A stretch of DNA of 64,000 nt from a bacterium. GTDB lineage: Bacteria; Patescibacteriota; Minisyncoccia; Phycocordibacterales; UBA2100. Positions 27,191 through 37,751 of this stretch are shown one piece after another. Where the stretch lies: assembly GCA_021781955.1 (NCBI GenBank), contig JAJXVV010000002.1:74730-138729 (forward strand). Direction: 5' to 3'. A program made the position numbers and the translations under genes. Each line of letters opens with the position of its first letter. Positions within the stretch are counted from its first letter, which is position 1. A model generated the notes under the pieces. That model saw nothing but the letters and a program-made list of their open reading frames with translations, was not told the origin of the DNA and did no database searches.

Positions 27191-27442
27191 TTAACTAATA
27201 AGAAGATTGACGAGTGCTGAGAGGGCGAACAAGATGCCGAGGATAATACTGACCCAGAAGAGGGTTTTCTCCAGGCCACGGCGCGTATGGAAGCCGGACG
27301 TGAAGTTGTCCGCGCCGAAAGCGCCCCCGAGCGACGCGCCCGTGCGCTGTAAGAGTATCGCTCCGATGAGCAAGACCGACAGCACGATCTGTATGTAGGG
27401 GAGCGTCCCTTGGAGAGAAACCATCGCGCGTGAGTGTAGCAT
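27191..27442 (-). CDS. secG: preprotein translocase subunit SecG
   Basis: Two TM helices with a G-rich loop (LLQRTGASLGGAFGADNFTSGF). Confidence 0.7.
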   Translation of the reverse strand: MLHSRAMVSLQGTLPYIQIVLSVLLIGAILLQRTGASLGGAFGADNFTSGFHTRRGLEKTLFWVSIILGILFALSALVNLLIS

Positions 27443-27465
27443 GGTCGGTTTTTCACCGCAAGCAC

Positions 27466-27494
27466 TTGACCGAAGCGGCCTCGCCCATTTATAT
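27466..27494 (+). promoter_or_regulatory. sigma70-like promoter upstream of groES: TTGACC, 17-nt spacer, TTATAT
   Basis: Hexamers at 27466-27471 and 27489-27494. No CIRCE inverted repeat found. Confidence 0.45.
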
Positions 27495-27538
27495 TGATGC
27501 TCCACATTTACTAGCTCACTCATTACATCTCATTTCTC

Positions 27539-27856
27539 ATGAAAAAAGAAGCAAAAGCGGCCAAGCTCACTTTCAAGCCAGCCGGCGACCGCGTACTCGT
27601 CAAGCCACTCGAACAAGCGGATGAAAAAACCGCTTCTGGCATCATCATTCCAGATACTGCGCGCAAAGAAAAGCCCGAGCGCGGCACGATCGTCGCGATA
27701 GGCGAGGGCAAGCGCACCGACAAGGGCGAGCTGCTCCCGGTGCGCTTTCAGGTCGGCGACGAGGTTATGTTCTCAAAGTACGGTTTCGACGAGGTCATCA
27801 TCGACGACGTCGAGTACTACGTGGTCTCGGACTCCAATATACTCGGCACCTTTTAA
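27539..27856 (+). CDS. groES: co-chaperonin GroES
   Basis: PAGDRVLVKP...IIIPD...GTIVAIG. Confidence 0.95.
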   Translation: MKKEAKAAKLTFKPAGDRVLVKPLEQADEKTASGIIIPDTARKEKPERGTIVAIGEGKRTDKGELLPVRFQVGDEVMFSKYGFDEVIIDDVEYYVVSDSNILGTF

Positions 27857-27883
27857 TTAACCGTTCCATCACATCTCACTCAC

Positions 27884-29530
27884 ATGGCAAAGAAAGTATT
27901 GTTCGATCAGGAAGTGCGTGGCGCTTTGAAGCGCGGCGTCGACGTCGTCGCCGGCGCGGTGCGCGTGACGCTCGGTCCAAAGGGGCGTAATGTCGCGCTC
28001 GGCAAGAGCTGGGGCGGCCCGACCATCACCAACGACGGCGTGTCCATCGCGAAGGAGATCACGCTCCAGGACAAGTTCGAGGACATGGGCGCCTCTATCG
28101 TGAAGGAAGTTGCCACCAAGACCAACGACAAGGCTGGTGACGGTACCACGACCGCGGTTGTGCTTACGCAGGCGATCATCGCGGAGGGGATGAAGCGCAC
28201 AGCGCTCGGGGCGAACGCGATGATGGTGCGCCACGGCATCGAAGCGGCCGCGAAGGACGCCGTTGAAGAGCTCAAGAAAATGTCGCGCGAGATCAAGGGT
28301 AAGCAGGATATCCGCCAGGTCGCAACGATCTCCGCAGAGAGCGAGGAGCTCGGTAAAAGCATCGCCGACATCGTGGAGAAGGTGGGGAAGGATGGCGTCG
28401 TGACCGTCGAGGAATCGCAGTCCATCGGCATCGAGACCGACTACGTGGAGGGCATGGAGTTCGACAAGGGCTACGTCTCCGCATACCTCATTACCAACGC
28501 CGAGCGCATGGAGGCCGAGGCGAAGGACGCTCCGATTCTCGTCACTGACAAGAAGATCTCTACGGTCAAAGATATCCTGCCCTTGCTTGAAAAGGTGGCG
28601 CAGAGCGGCAAGCGCGACCTCGTCATTATCGCCGACGACGTGGACGGCGAAGCGCTCGCGACCTTCATCGTCAACAAGCTGAAGGGCGGTTTCAACGTGC
28701 TCGCGGTCAAGGCGCCGGGCTACGGCGACCGCAAGAAAGAGATGCTTGCGGACATCGCGATCACGGTAGGCGCGCAGGTCATCTCCGATGATCTCGGCAC
28801 CTCGCTTGAGAAAGCCGAACTCTCGATGCTCGGCCGGGCCAACCGCGTCGTTGCCACGAAAGACTCGACCGTCATCGTCGGCGGCAAGGGCAAGAAGGCC
28901 GCGCTCGAAGAGCGCGTGCAGCAGTTGCACAAGCAGGCGGAACTCACCGATTCCAAATACGACAGGGAGAAGCTTGAAGAGCGGATAGCCAAGCTCTCGG
29001 GCGGCGTTGCGGTCATCCGCGTCGGCGCCGCGACCGAAACCGAGATGAAGTACCTCAAGGACAAGATCGAGGACGCGGTCAATGCGACCAAGGCCGCTAT
29101 CGCCGAAGGCATCGTGCCGGGCGGGGGAGCAGCGCTTGCGAAGGTCGCCGATAAGCTCAACAAAAAGATCGATCCGAAAGCGCACGACGAGTACACCGTG
29201 GGTTACCGCGTGCTTATTTCTGCGCTTTCCGCGCCGCTCTTGCAGATCGCGCAGAACGCGGGGCGTGAGGATGCTGCGGTCGTCTTGCAGGAAGTGGTGA
29301 AGAAGGGCGGCGCATATGGGTTCGATGCCTCCGCCGAGAGCACCGAACCGACTATCGTCGACATGTACGAGGCCGGCATCATCGATCCAGTCAAGGTGAC
29401 GCGCTCTGGCGTCGAGAACGCAGCCTCTGCCGCCGCAGTGCTCCTCACCACGGAAGCGGCGGTCGCCGATATCCCGGAAGAAAAGAAAGCCGCCCCCGGT
29501 ATGCCTAGCGGCATGGATGGGATGGAATAA
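27884..29530 (+). CDS. groEL: chaperonin GroEL
   Basis: MAKKVLFD..., GPKGRNV, C-terminal GGM-like tail (MPSGMDGME). Confidence 0.97.
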   Translation: MAKKVLFDQEVRGALKRGVDVVAGAVRVTLGPKGRNVALGKSWGGPTITNDGVSIAKEITLQDKFEDMGASIVKEVATKTNDKAGDGTTTAVVLTQAIIAEGMKRTALGANAMMVRHGIEAAAKDAVEELKKMSREIKGKQDIRQVATISAESEELGKSIADIVEKVGKDGVVTVEESQSIGIETDYVEGMEFDKGYVSAYLITNAERMEAEAKDAPILVTDKKISTVKDILPLLEKVAQSGKRDLVIIADDVDGEALATFIVNKLKGGFNVLAVKAPGYGDRKKEMLADIAITVGAQVISDDLGTSLEKAELSMLGRANRVVATKDSTVIVGGKGKKAALEERVQQLHKQAELTDSKYDREKLEERIAKLSGGVAVIRVGAATETEMKYLKDKIEDAVNATKAAIAEGIVPGGGAALAKVADKLNKKIDPKAHDEYTVGYRVLISALSAPLLQIAQNAGREDAAVVLQEVVKKGGAYGFDASAESTEPTIVDMYEAGIIDPVKVTRSGVENAASAAAVLLTTEAAVADIPEEKKAAPGMPSGMDGME

Positions 29531-29594
29531 GTCCAGAAGCGGCGGCACACGCTTGCCGCGGCCTTGGGGTAAGGCGTGAGAAGTGGATTCCACA

Positions 29595-29631
29595 GCGCGG
29601 GCCAGCCTTGGGCTGGCCCGCGCCGTTTTCG
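29595..29631 (+). terminator. rho-independent terminator of the groESL operon
   Basis: Perfect hairpin gcgcgggccagcc-ttg-ggctggcccgcgc followed by cgttttcg. Confidence 0.6.
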
Positions 29632-29646
29632 CGGTACCATACCGAC

Positions 29647-31785
29647 ATGGTTGTGCGCCTACGCCCGGGGTTCCTTGCGGCATCGATACTTGTGTGCGGC
29701 CTGCTGACGCCCGTCGTCTTGTCCGCGCAAACGACGCCGTCTCTGGACTCTGGTCCTGGCGCCAACAGCGAGTGTCCAAAACCAAATGCGGACCAAGGGT
29801 ACAACTCGCAATACTCATGCGGCGAAACGTACCCTGACCAAGGCCTCGAAAAGGTGAATTTATACGGGTGTCCGTGTTCCAACTCGCTGGTGAGGGGCGT
29901 GTGTACCGCCGTGGATTATTGCAAAGGTGAGTCGTGCAAGATAGGGAGCACGTGGGACTCGTGTACCAAACAAAACGGCGTCAGCGGGAGCGCGACGCCG
30001 GGACAGACCTCTTCGCCGACGACGCCCGTAACGTCGCCTCAGCAAAGTGCGAGCCTGTTTCCAAGCGTGCAAACGCCGTCCAATACGATACCGAATATCG
30101 ATACCACGAATGCCGCGACCCCGAACGGCCAGAACGTCCCGCCTTCGCAAGGGTTTTCGTCGTCACCCGACCTCTTTCAATCCGGGCAGTTCACCGCAGC
30201 CGATCTCGGAAAGTATGAGACCGTGCGAACGACCCCGACGGGTGCGGGGTCCGCGAGCGGCTCGATCACGCCGCAGAGCATGACGGATTCGCAGTTCCAA
30301 CTCACGCCCGTTCCAACCGATAGCATTACCCCAACGCCCGTGCGAACGGCCGTCATTGGCGATCAATCCTATGGCGGAAGCAGCGGAGAGTTTACCGGTG
30401 CGCCGGACGCCTCTGCCCCGCAAGCGCCGTGCGCGTCTCTCGCGTCGTACTCATGTTTCTCAAGCGCCGCATCGCAGGTCGGTGGCGCGGTCTCGTATGC
30501 GGCCGATCAGCTGTTCGGCGTGCAAAGCGCGTCGGCTAAGGCCGGGACCGTGTCGCAGGCGTACTGTCTCGCGAACGCCGATTCGTGTCTCGCGCAGGAT
30601 TCGGGGCAAGCCTCGTTCTACGATTCTCGCCTTGGCGGCATCAATTCGAGCGGGCTTGGGCGCACGGCCAACGGCGAAGTGCCCAACATGAACGACACCA
30701 CGTTCGCCTCGCAGCGCTTGCCGCTCAACACGGTCGCACAGGTGTGCAACAACGACTCGGGGGATTGCACGTATGCTCGCGTCAACGACACTGGCGCGTT
30801 CGATCAGCCGAAATATGGTAACCGCATCGCCGACCTGACGCCAGGTACCGCGAGCGAGATCAATGTGCAAGGGCTTGCGAATATCACGATTACGCCGATC
30901 GGCATTTACTCGAGCGGCGCGATGGCCAAACAGGTGACCGACAATCTCAACAGCGGCTCCTCGCTCGGGGATGCGGTCTCGCAAGCTTCCGAATCGACCG
31001 GCGATCGAGCTATCTATACCGTGCTAACGAGCGCAGAGACGTTGCCGTTGAGCACCGATACGCTGCGTGGTTTTACCGGCTACTCGCCTGCGTCGATGAC
31101 GATCGCCGACAACCAGACCAACTGGAACCAAACATCGGCAGGCACCATCACGCCCGAGGCTCCTGTCGTCGTGCCGGATTCGTTCGCCGCGTACGGCCAG
31201 CCGTCCGCGACTCTCGGCACCATTTCGAACATCGACTGGAGCAATCCGCCGTACAGCGCCGCGCCGACGGTCTCTTCGTCACAGCCGATCGCCGACGCCT
31301 TTGCGCCCTTTGCCGGCGACACGAGCGGGCTCTCGCCGATCAGCTCGACACAGCCCGACAGTCGGCAACTCGGCTCTGAGGTGACTCCCGCATACTCGAA
31401 CGCAGGGTACGGCGGCATCGCTCCCGCCACGGAGCCGCCGCCTGGGACCGTCCCGACGCAGGAGAGCATGCCGAGTACGTCGGGGGCGTCGACGCTCACG
31501 GCCGCCCAGCAGAGCGCGATCGCCGAAGTGCAATCGATTGGTCGTAATCTGCAACCCGGCATGAACGGACAAGACGTCGTCGCACTGCAAGATTTCCTCA
31601 AGGAGCAGGGCTTCTTCCCGCAGAACGTGGCCTCGACCGGCTACTACGGCTCTGTTACCCAAGCGGCGGTCGCGGCATGGCAACAGTCGATTGATCTTGC
31701 TGGCGCGACAGGTGCCGGCTATAGCGCTAAGGAGTACGGCTATTTCGGCCCAATCTCTCGCGTCTACGTGAGCACGCTGCGGTAG
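29647..31785 (+). CDS. large secreted S/T/G-rich protein with C-terminal peptidoglycan-binding domain
   Basis: Signal/TM MVVRLRPGFLAASILVCGLLTPVVLSAQ. C-terminal PG_binding_1-like GMNGQDVVALQDFLKEQGFF...YYGSVTQAAVAAWQQ. Start trimmed because the longer frame overlaps the terminator. Confidence 0.7.
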   Translation: MVVRLRPGFLAASILVCGLLTPVVLSAQTTPSLDSGPGANSECPKPNADQGYNSQYSCGETYPDQGLEKVNLYGCPCSNSLVRGVCTAVDYCKGESCKIGSTWDSCTKQNGVSGSATPGQTSSPTTPVTSPQQSASLFPSVQTPSNTIPNIDTTNAATPNGQNVPPSQGFSSSPDLFQSGQFTAADLGKYETVRTTPTGAGSASGSITPQSMTDSQFQLTPVPTDSITPTPVRTAVIGDQSYGGSSGEFTGAPDASAPQAPCASLASYSCFSSAASQVGGAVSYAADQLFGVQSASAKAGTVSQAYCLANADSCLAQDSGQASFYDSRLGGINSSGLGRTANGEVPNMNDTTFASQRLPLNTVAQVCNNDSGDCTYARVNDTGAFDQPKYGNRIADLTPGTASEINVQGLANITITPIGIYSSGAMAKQVTDNLNSGSSLGDAVSQASESTGDRAIYTVLTSAETLPLSTDTLRGFTGYSPASMTIADNQTNWNQTSAGTITPEAPVVVPDSFAAYGQPSATLGTISNIDWSNPPYSAAPTVSSSQPIADAFAPFAGDTSGLSPISSTQPDSRQLGSEVTPAYSNAGYGGIAPATEPPPGTVPTQESMPSTSGASTLTAAQQSAIAEVQSIGRNLQPGMNGQDVVALQDFLKEQGFFPQNVASTGYYGSVTQAAVAAWQQSIDLAGATGAGYSAKEYGYFGPISRVYVSTLR

Positions 31786-31795
31786 GTCTTGCGCT

Positions 31796-33142
31796 ATGAT
31801 GGCGGCGATGGAACGGGTTGGAGGCACCGCGATGCGCGCGGGGTTCGTGCTGGCACTGGTCGTTGCGCTCGCCTGTGTCTCGTTCGTCGTCAATGCGCAG
31901 ACGACGCCAGCCTCGAGCGGAGGTTCAACCCCATCGACAGGCAGCACGTCCGCGAGCCCCAGCAACGATGCCTCGGCCGACAAACAATGTCCTGCGGAGA
32001 CGGCGACCGCGAAGTACAGCAAGAACGAACCGGAGGATCAGCCGTATTCGGAGTATCATGCAGTGAACGGAACAGCCGTCAAGACCGTGATACAAAACCT
32101 TTACGGGAAACCGTGCAATTACTCGATGTCCCAGCAGCAGGTGGTAAAAGGGAAATGTGTCGCGGCGAATGATTGTCGCTGCCGGGATGTGATGCTCATG
32201 GGTGGAACGTTCGTTTCTTGTTCACAGACACCCGGTGTTTCGTCTGGCGTCAGCGCATCGGTCACGACCCCGCAACCCACGCAAACCGGTCCCGTGTACG
32301 TATCGACCGATGGATCGACAGAGTTGCCCGGAATGATGAGCAACCTCCCGGGCTTGAATCCGATAACTCCAATGGACGGATCCAGCGACGGAAGTACGGT
32401 CGGTGATATGAGTGGGAAGGAGAATACCGCCAATGCAGGTGGGTCACAGTATAGCGAAACGACGCCAGCCAATGCGCCGGTTACGACCTCGTTCGGCGGG
32501 TCCACGCAGGCGATCAATAGCTACGCGAATAGTTCCGATTCCGGCAGTGCCGCAACGCCGGGAGACTCAAGCGGCAGCAGCGCGGGAGGTATGAGCGGCG
32601 TGGGCGATGAAGCGGCCTACCAAAACCTCAACCAGCAGGCACAAATGTATCAACAAAATCCCGTGACTACCGGCTGTGCTGCCGACTCGGCGTTCTGCCA
32701 GAAGACGATGGCCGGCGTCGATAACGGCACTATTCGTCTATCCACGAACATCGAAGACAGGCGGTTTGCTGCAGCGCCCATGGTCCAGAACGATCAGCCA
32801 CTCATCCAATTCCCGCTGTCCCCCACGATGAACAACGGATACCTCAACTCCATTTCATTCGACACGCCGAATTATACGTTCCTCGGCCCGACTGCTGCTG
32901 CAGCGCCGTCGAACACGACGTTCTCTTCAGTGGATCAGACTAACGCGCTCGCGTCGGCGATACCACAAAACATCTCGGTGTCCGATTACTATTACCCGCA
33001 AAGCGAAGGGCCGACTCCAGTGAGTGGCGCATTGAGTGGTTCGTATGGCGTATTTCCGAGCGGCGGGGGACCATCGTTTTTCAACGTCATCACATCCCCG
33101 TTGGCGTTCCTTGGTAACTGGTTTGCGGGCCTGTTCAAATAG
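31796..33142 (+). CDS. secreted S/T/G/N-rich low-complexity protein
   Basis: Signal peptide MRAGFVLALVVALACVSFVVNAQ (start may be internal at 31832). No known domain. Confidence 0.6.
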   Translation: MMAAMERVGGTAMRAGFVLALVVALACVSFVVNAQTTPASSGGSTPSTGSTSASPSNDASADKQCPAETATAKYSKNEPEDQPYSEYHAVNGTAVKTVIQNLYGKPCNYSMSQQQVVKGKCVAANDCRCRDVMLMGGTFVSCSQTPGVSSGVSASVTTPQPTQTGPVYVSTDGSTELPGMMSNLPGLNPITPMDGSSDGSTVGDMSGKENTANAGGSQYSETTPANAPVTTSFGGSTQAINSYANSSDSGSAATPGDSSGSSAGGMSGVGDEAAYQNLNQQAQMYQQNPVTTGCAADSAFCQKTMAGVDNGTIRLSTNIEDRRFAAAPMVQNDQPLIQFPLSPTMNNGYLNSISFDTPNYTFLGPTAAAAPSNTTFSSVDQTNALASAIPQNISVSDYYYPQSEGPTPVSGALSGSYGVFPSGGGPSFFNVITSPLAFLGNWFAGLFK

Positions 33143-33157
33143 CGTTATGCTTGCCGT

Positions 33158-33718
33158 ATGATACCTACCTATATCATCCTCGCGATCGCCGCGCTCATCA
33201 TCGTGTGGCTCGTCGCGGCCTACAACCGGTTTGTCACGCTCTCGCAGCGGGTGAAAGAAGCGTGGGCGGACATCGACGTACAGCTCAAGCGCCGCTATGA
33301 CCTCATTCCGAACCTTGTCGAGACGGTGAAAGGCTACGCTGCGCACGAAAGCGGCACGCTCGAAAAGGTGACCGAGATGCGCACGGCGGCAATGCAAGCG
33401 ACAGCGCCGGCCGACAAAGCAAAGGCGGAGAACATGCTCTCCGGCGCGCTCAAATCGCTCTTCGCCGTCTCGGAGAATTATCCCAACCTGAAGGCGAATG
33501 AGAATTTCCTCGCGCTCCAGACCGAACTCTCCGACACCGAGAACAGGCTGCAAGCCGCGCGTCGTTTCTACAATGGCGTCGTGATGGACCTTAACACCAA
33601 ACTGCAATCGTTCCCGTCGAACGTCGTCGGCAACACGTTTGGTTTTAAGCCGTCCGACTTCTTCCAGCTCGGCGACGCGGATGCCGCAGCCAAAGAGCCG
33701 GTGAAAGTGCAGTTCTAA
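33158..33718 (+). CDS. lemA: LemA family protein
   Basis: N-terminal TM helix and LemA motif pattern. Confidence 0.85.
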   Translation: MIPTYIILAIAALIIVWLVAAYNRFVTLSQRVKEAWADIDVQLKRRYDLIPNLVETVKGYAAHESGTLEKVTEMRTAAMQATAPADKAKAENMLSGALKSLFAVSENYPNLKANENFLALQTELSDTENRLQAARRFYNGVVMDLNTKLQSFPSNVVGNTFGFKPSDFFQLGDADAAAKEPVKVQF

Positions 33719-34618
33719 ATGGCAACGCTCTACACGCAACAAAGCCGCAACGTCCTGCGCACGTGGGTGCTCATGGGGACGTTCCTTGTGTTCGTTGTGC
33801 TCGTTGGTTGGTTCGCATCGTACTATTTCAATTCCAACGTCATTCTCTACGCTGCGGTAGCGCTCGCGCTCGTGATGAACGTGTCGGCGTATTGGTTCTC
33901 GGATAAGGTCGCGATCGCGCAAGCACATGCGGTGCCCGCCGACGCGGCGCAGTATCCGGAACTCCACCGCATCGTGGAGAATCTCGCAATCACCGCGGGG
34001 CTTCCGAAGCCGCGCATCTTCCTCATCGAGGACCCGGCCCCCAACGCCTTCGCCGCCGGCCGTGACAAAAACCATGCGGTCATCGCGGTCACGAGCGGTC
34101 TCTTGCAGATGATGAACAAAAGCGAGCTTGAAGGCGTGCTCGCGCATGAGCTTTCGCACATCGGCAATCGCGATATCCTCGTGATGACGATCGCGGTCGT
34201 CCTGGTCGGCGTGCTCTCCATGCTCGCCAATATCTTTTTGCGGGTGAGCTTCTGGGGCGGTGGACGCAACAACGAGCGGGAAGGAGGCAACGTATTCGTG
34301 CTCATCGCCGGCGTCATTGCCATCGTGCTTGCTCCCATCGCGGCACAGCTGATCCAGCTCGCCATCTCGCGCAAGCGCGAATTCTTGGCCGACGCTTCCG
34401 GCGCGCTCCTCACGCGCTATCCTGAAGGGCTCGAGTCGGCGCTGCAGAAGCTCGGCAGCTACCAGGCGCCGATGCGCACCGCTTCCACGACGACCGCACA
34501 CCTCTACATCTCGAATCCGTTCGGCGCACATCCGGCTGGTCAGTGGGTGCAGAAACTATTCTCGACGCATCCTCCCATTCCCGAGCGCATCGCGGCGCTT
34601 GAGGGCATGAACCTCTGA
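33719..34618 (+). CDS. htpX: zinc metalloprotease HtpX (M48)
   Basis: HELSHIGNRD (HExxH) and four TM helices. Confidence 0.9.
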   Translation: MATLYTQQSRNVLRTWVLMGTFLVFVVLVGWFASYYFNSNVILYAAVALALVMNVSAYWFSDKVAIAQAHAVPADAAQYPELHRIVENLAITAGLPKPRIFLIEDPAPNAFAAGRDKNHAVIAVTSGLLQMMNKSELEGVLAHELSHIGNRDILVMTIAVVLVGVLSMLANIFLRVSFWGGGRNNEREGGNVFVLIAGVIAIVLAPIAAQLIQLAISRKREFLADASGALLTRYPEGLESALQKLGSYQAPMRTASTTTAHLYISNPFGAHPAGQWVQKLFSTHPPIPERIAALEGMNL

Positions 34619-34619
34619 C

Positions 34620-35282
34620 ATGTTCTGGAAACGCCCATCCAACGATCGCGACTGGGCGCCGCAACTCAAGCTTTTGCCGCACGTCGTCTTCGAGCGTGAC
34701 GATATCGTGCGCGTCGAGCACGTGCGCAACGTTACGTACCGCGCCGATACCGGCTTCGACGTCTCGTATAGCGACATTCGCTACGACCTTCGGGCTATCC
34801 GCGCCGTGCGGCTCTTCATACTCCCGTTCCTGGGTTTCGGTATCGCGCACTTGTTCATGCGCTTCGACTTCGAACAGGGCGCGTCGCTCGCGGTATCCAT
34901 TGAGGCACGCAAGCAGCGCGGCGAGAAGTTCAGCCTCAAGTGCCTCGTCCCTGGGCATTTCGAGATCACGTACGTGCTCGCCGATCCCCGCGACGGTTTA
35001 TTGCTGCAGACCGATATCGCGCAGCAGGACGTCCGCGTGTTCGACCTCGCTCTTACTGCTGCGCAGGCGCGCGCGACGCTCGTTGATATGCTGCGCTATG
35101 CCGAACAGCTCGAAACGCGCCCTCGTTTTTACCATCCCTTCGTCCGCGCGTGCGGCATCAATACCGCCCGGCACCTGCGTGCCGCAGGCGTGCCCTTGCC
35201 GCGCACCAGTCTCCACTACGTGTTGCCTGAGCGATTCGATATGGTCTTGCGGCGCCGCAACGTCCTCGCGGCCTCGCATTGA
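34620..35282 (+). CDS. hypothetical protein
   Basis: Start overlaps the htpX stop (tgacATG). Co-transcribed with lemA-htpX. Confidence 0.5.
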   Translation: MFWKRPSNDRDWAPQLKLLPHVVFERDDIVRVEHVRNVTYRADTGFDVSYSDIRYDLRAIRAVRLFILPFLGFGIAHLFMRFDFEQGASLAVSIEARKQRGEKFSLKCLVPGHFEITYVLADPRDGLLLQTDIAQQDVRVFDLALTAAQARATLVDMLRYAEQLETRPRFYHPFVRACGINTARHLRAAGVPLPRTSLHYVLPERFDMVLRRRNVLAASH

Positions 35283-35321
35283 GAACCTCTCACGTTCGCT
35301 TCACGGTTCCGCGCATACGCT

Positions 35322-35591
35322 GTGCGCATGACGTGGGAGTTCAAAGGCGCGAATACCTGGATGGAGAGCAATCTGCAGCGACTGTTCCCAAGATCGCACA
35401 CGGCGGACGATGGCGGGCCGTGGGTGCTCGGGGCGCTTGATTTTGCGATGCGGCGCAAATTCATCGATGAGCATGAGATCCCGCCGACCGGGCAGAAGAA
35501 GTCGTCTCGCGCGCTGCGCATACGATCGGCGATGGACGCGGTCGGATCGGCGTTCTTGCACGACGTTCGATATCCCGTATTGGTCGCGTGA
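35322..35591 (+). CDS. hypothetical small protein
   Basis: 89-aa ORF with non-repetitive composition. Convergent with the histidine kinase gene. Confidence 0.3.
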   Translation: MRMTWEFKGANTWMESNLQRLFPRSHTADDGGPWVLGALDFAMRRKFIDEHEIPPTGQKKSSRALRIRSAMDAVGSAFLHDVRYPVLVA

Positions 35592-35594
35592 CGT

Positions 35595-36587
35595 TCACGC
35601 GGCTCTGCTCCGCGTTCGCGGTATGGATATGATCACCCTTGTTCCCTTGCCGACATCGCTTGCGATGCGGATTCTGCCCTCGTGCAGCTCGATGAGTTCT
35701 TTGACGATGGCGAGCCCCAAGCCAGAACCGCCATGGCGGGCATTGTTGGTGATACTGCCCTTATAGAATGGATCGAGGATGTGCGGGAGGTCCTGTGGAC
35801 TTATGCCGCTCCCCGTGTCGCAAATGTGCAGGTGCGCGGTACGCTGCGAGGCCTTCAGGTCGATCGTGATCGATCCGCCTGCGGGGGTGTGGACGATGGC
35901 GTTGCGTATCACGTTGGCCGCGATCTGTTCGAGCGCCACGCGATTGCCCCGCACGATGACGCCGAGCGCGAGGTTCGCGTGCAATTTCACGCGCCGTGAG
36001 TCCGCGAGCGGGCCACACTCGCGTATAGCGAGCGCGATAGCCTCGGAGAACGTGATGTCGAGGAATGGTATCGTGTGCTTGCCAAGGCTTGCCGAAGAGA
36101 TGAGCAGGAGATTGTTGATGATGTCGGCCATTTTTGCCGATTCGTCCGAGACGTGCTCTACGACGGCGAGCAAGTCCTCGCGGGACACGCCTTTCGGGCG
36201 CCGCAGCGCGAGCTCGGTCTCGGTGCGTACGAGCGTGAGCGGCGTGCGCAGCTCGTGGGCGGCGTTCGCGAGGAAGCGCTGCTGCGAACGGAACATCGTG
36301 TTGAGCGGCTTGAGCGAGCGCCACGCCATCACGTAGCTCGCGAGCGCGATCCACAGCGCGATACCGAATGCGACCTCGTAGTTGAAGGGCAGTAGATCGT
36401 TGCCGGTGTTTTGTATGATCGCGTCCACCTGCGCTGCGACCGCAGGCGATGCGTACCTGTCGATCTCGCGCTTGACGTACCAGGTTTGGAGATAATTACC
36501 GAACCACCCCGTCGCGATGAGCACGACGAGGATGGTCAGTCCGTAGAAAATGGTGAGGCGAAGTTGCGCCCTGCTGAAAATGTTCAT
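35595..36587 (-). CDS. sensor histidine kinase
   Basis: H-box AAHELRTPLT and HATPase motifs (N, G1, G2). Two TM helices. Confidence 0.85.
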   Translation of the reverse strand: MNIFSRAQLRLTIFYGLTILVVLIATGWFGNYLQTWYVKREIDRYASPAVAAQVDAIIQNTGNDLLPFNYEVAFGIALWIALASYVMAWRSLKPLNTMFRSQQRFLANAAHELRTPLTLVRTETELALRRPKGVSREDLLAVVEHVSDESAKMADIINNLLLISSASLGKHTIPFLDITFSEAIALAIRECGPLADSRRVKLHANLALGVIVRGNRVALEQIAANVIRNAIVHTPAGGSITIDLKASQRTAHLHICDTGSGISPQDLPHILDPFYKGSITNNARHGGSGLGLAIVKELIELHEGRIRIASDVGKGTRVIISIPRTRSRAA

Positions 36588-37264
36588 GGGCCATCGCCGC
36601 GGAACTTGTAACCGGCGCCGCGCACGGTTTCAAAGAGTCCGCGCGTTCCGCGATCGATCTTGCGCCGGAGATTCTTAATGTGCACATCGATTGTGTTGCT
36701 GAGCGACAAGTCATTGAAATCCCAGAGCTTGTCGTGCAATTCGTCGCGGGTGACGACCTCGTTTGGGTGCGAGAGGAAGTATTCAGCGAGCATGAACTCT
36801 TTGTGCGTGAGTGACACGGCTTCGCCGTCCACCCGCACCTCCTGTGAGCGGCGGTCGAGCGAGATGCCGTCCGATTCCAGGACATCGGGCTTCGTTTCGC
36901 TCGGTCGCCGGAGAATGGAACGCGCGCGCGCCAGTAACTCGTCGAAGGAGAACGGCTTGACGAGATAATCGTCGGCCCCGCTGTTCAGGAGGCGGACTTT
37001 GTCGTCCACCATGTCGCGCGCCGTGAGAATGAGGATCGGAACCGTTACCCCTGCTTGTCGGGCGCTCGCGCACACCGCAAGGCCGTCTTTGCCCGGCAGC
37101 ATGTAGTCGAGGATTATGAGCGCATAATCGTCGCGGTGCATGAGGATGCGGTGTTCGGCCTTTATACCGTCCGTAACGTAGTCGACCGCGAACCCTTCTT
37201 GCTCGAATGCTTTTTGGAGCATTTGCGCGAGCCTCTCTTCATCCTCGACGACGAGCAATTTCAT
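36584..37264 (-). CDS. OmpR-family response regulator
   Basis: Receiver domain with LILDYMLPGKDG, plus a winged-helix C-terminus. Confidence 0.9.
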   Translation of the reverse strand: MKLLVVEDEERLAQMLQKAFEQEGFAVDYVTDGIKAEHRILMHRDDYALIILDYMLPGKDGLAVCASARQAGVTVPILILTARDMVDDKVRLLNSGADDYLVKPFSFDELLARARSILRRPSETKPDVLESDGISLDRRSQEVRVDGEAVSLTHKEFMLAEYFLSHPNEVVTRDELHDKLWDFNDLSLSNTIDVHIKNLRRKIDRGTRGLFETVRGAGYKFRGDGP

Positions 37265-37751
37265 ATGCCTGCACGCCTACGCGCTAACTATTACATAGGA
37301 GAGCTTCGCACGCCATGCATGAACGCTGCATGAAGGTGCATGGCCGAGGCTTCACAGGAACGTCATGTGGGGGTATGGTAACGAGTAGAGGGTCCATGAC
37401 GTATGGAGGGAGGGTCCCATGGTGGAGTGCATCTCACTTTCCGCTTATCGGGAAAAACGCGCCTTTGATGAGGTGAGACAGCAGCGGCTGCTTATCGAGG
37501 CGCGTCGCGCGTACCATCCGCCGCCATCGCCGCAGGAGAGCGAGCCGCAACGCTATGTCTTGCATAGTGCTCGGAAGTTCCGCGAAGGGGAAACGAAAAT
37601 CATCGACGGACATTTTGCCTCTCCCACGACAGATCATGGTGAGCTGCAGACGGAAGGAAACGAGTGATCTTTATCGGGATGATGAACAAACGGGGCGACC
37701 GACCGGCCGCCCCTCGTCTTTTCAGGGCAGTCGCAGTACAATCCACTCTGT

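Noticed and set aside
27443-27538. CIRCE/HrcA operator upstream of groES
   Set aside because: No TTAGCACTC-N9-GAGTGCTAA inverted repeat present. Only a sigma70-like promoter and a recurring CATCTCA word before the groES and groEL starts.
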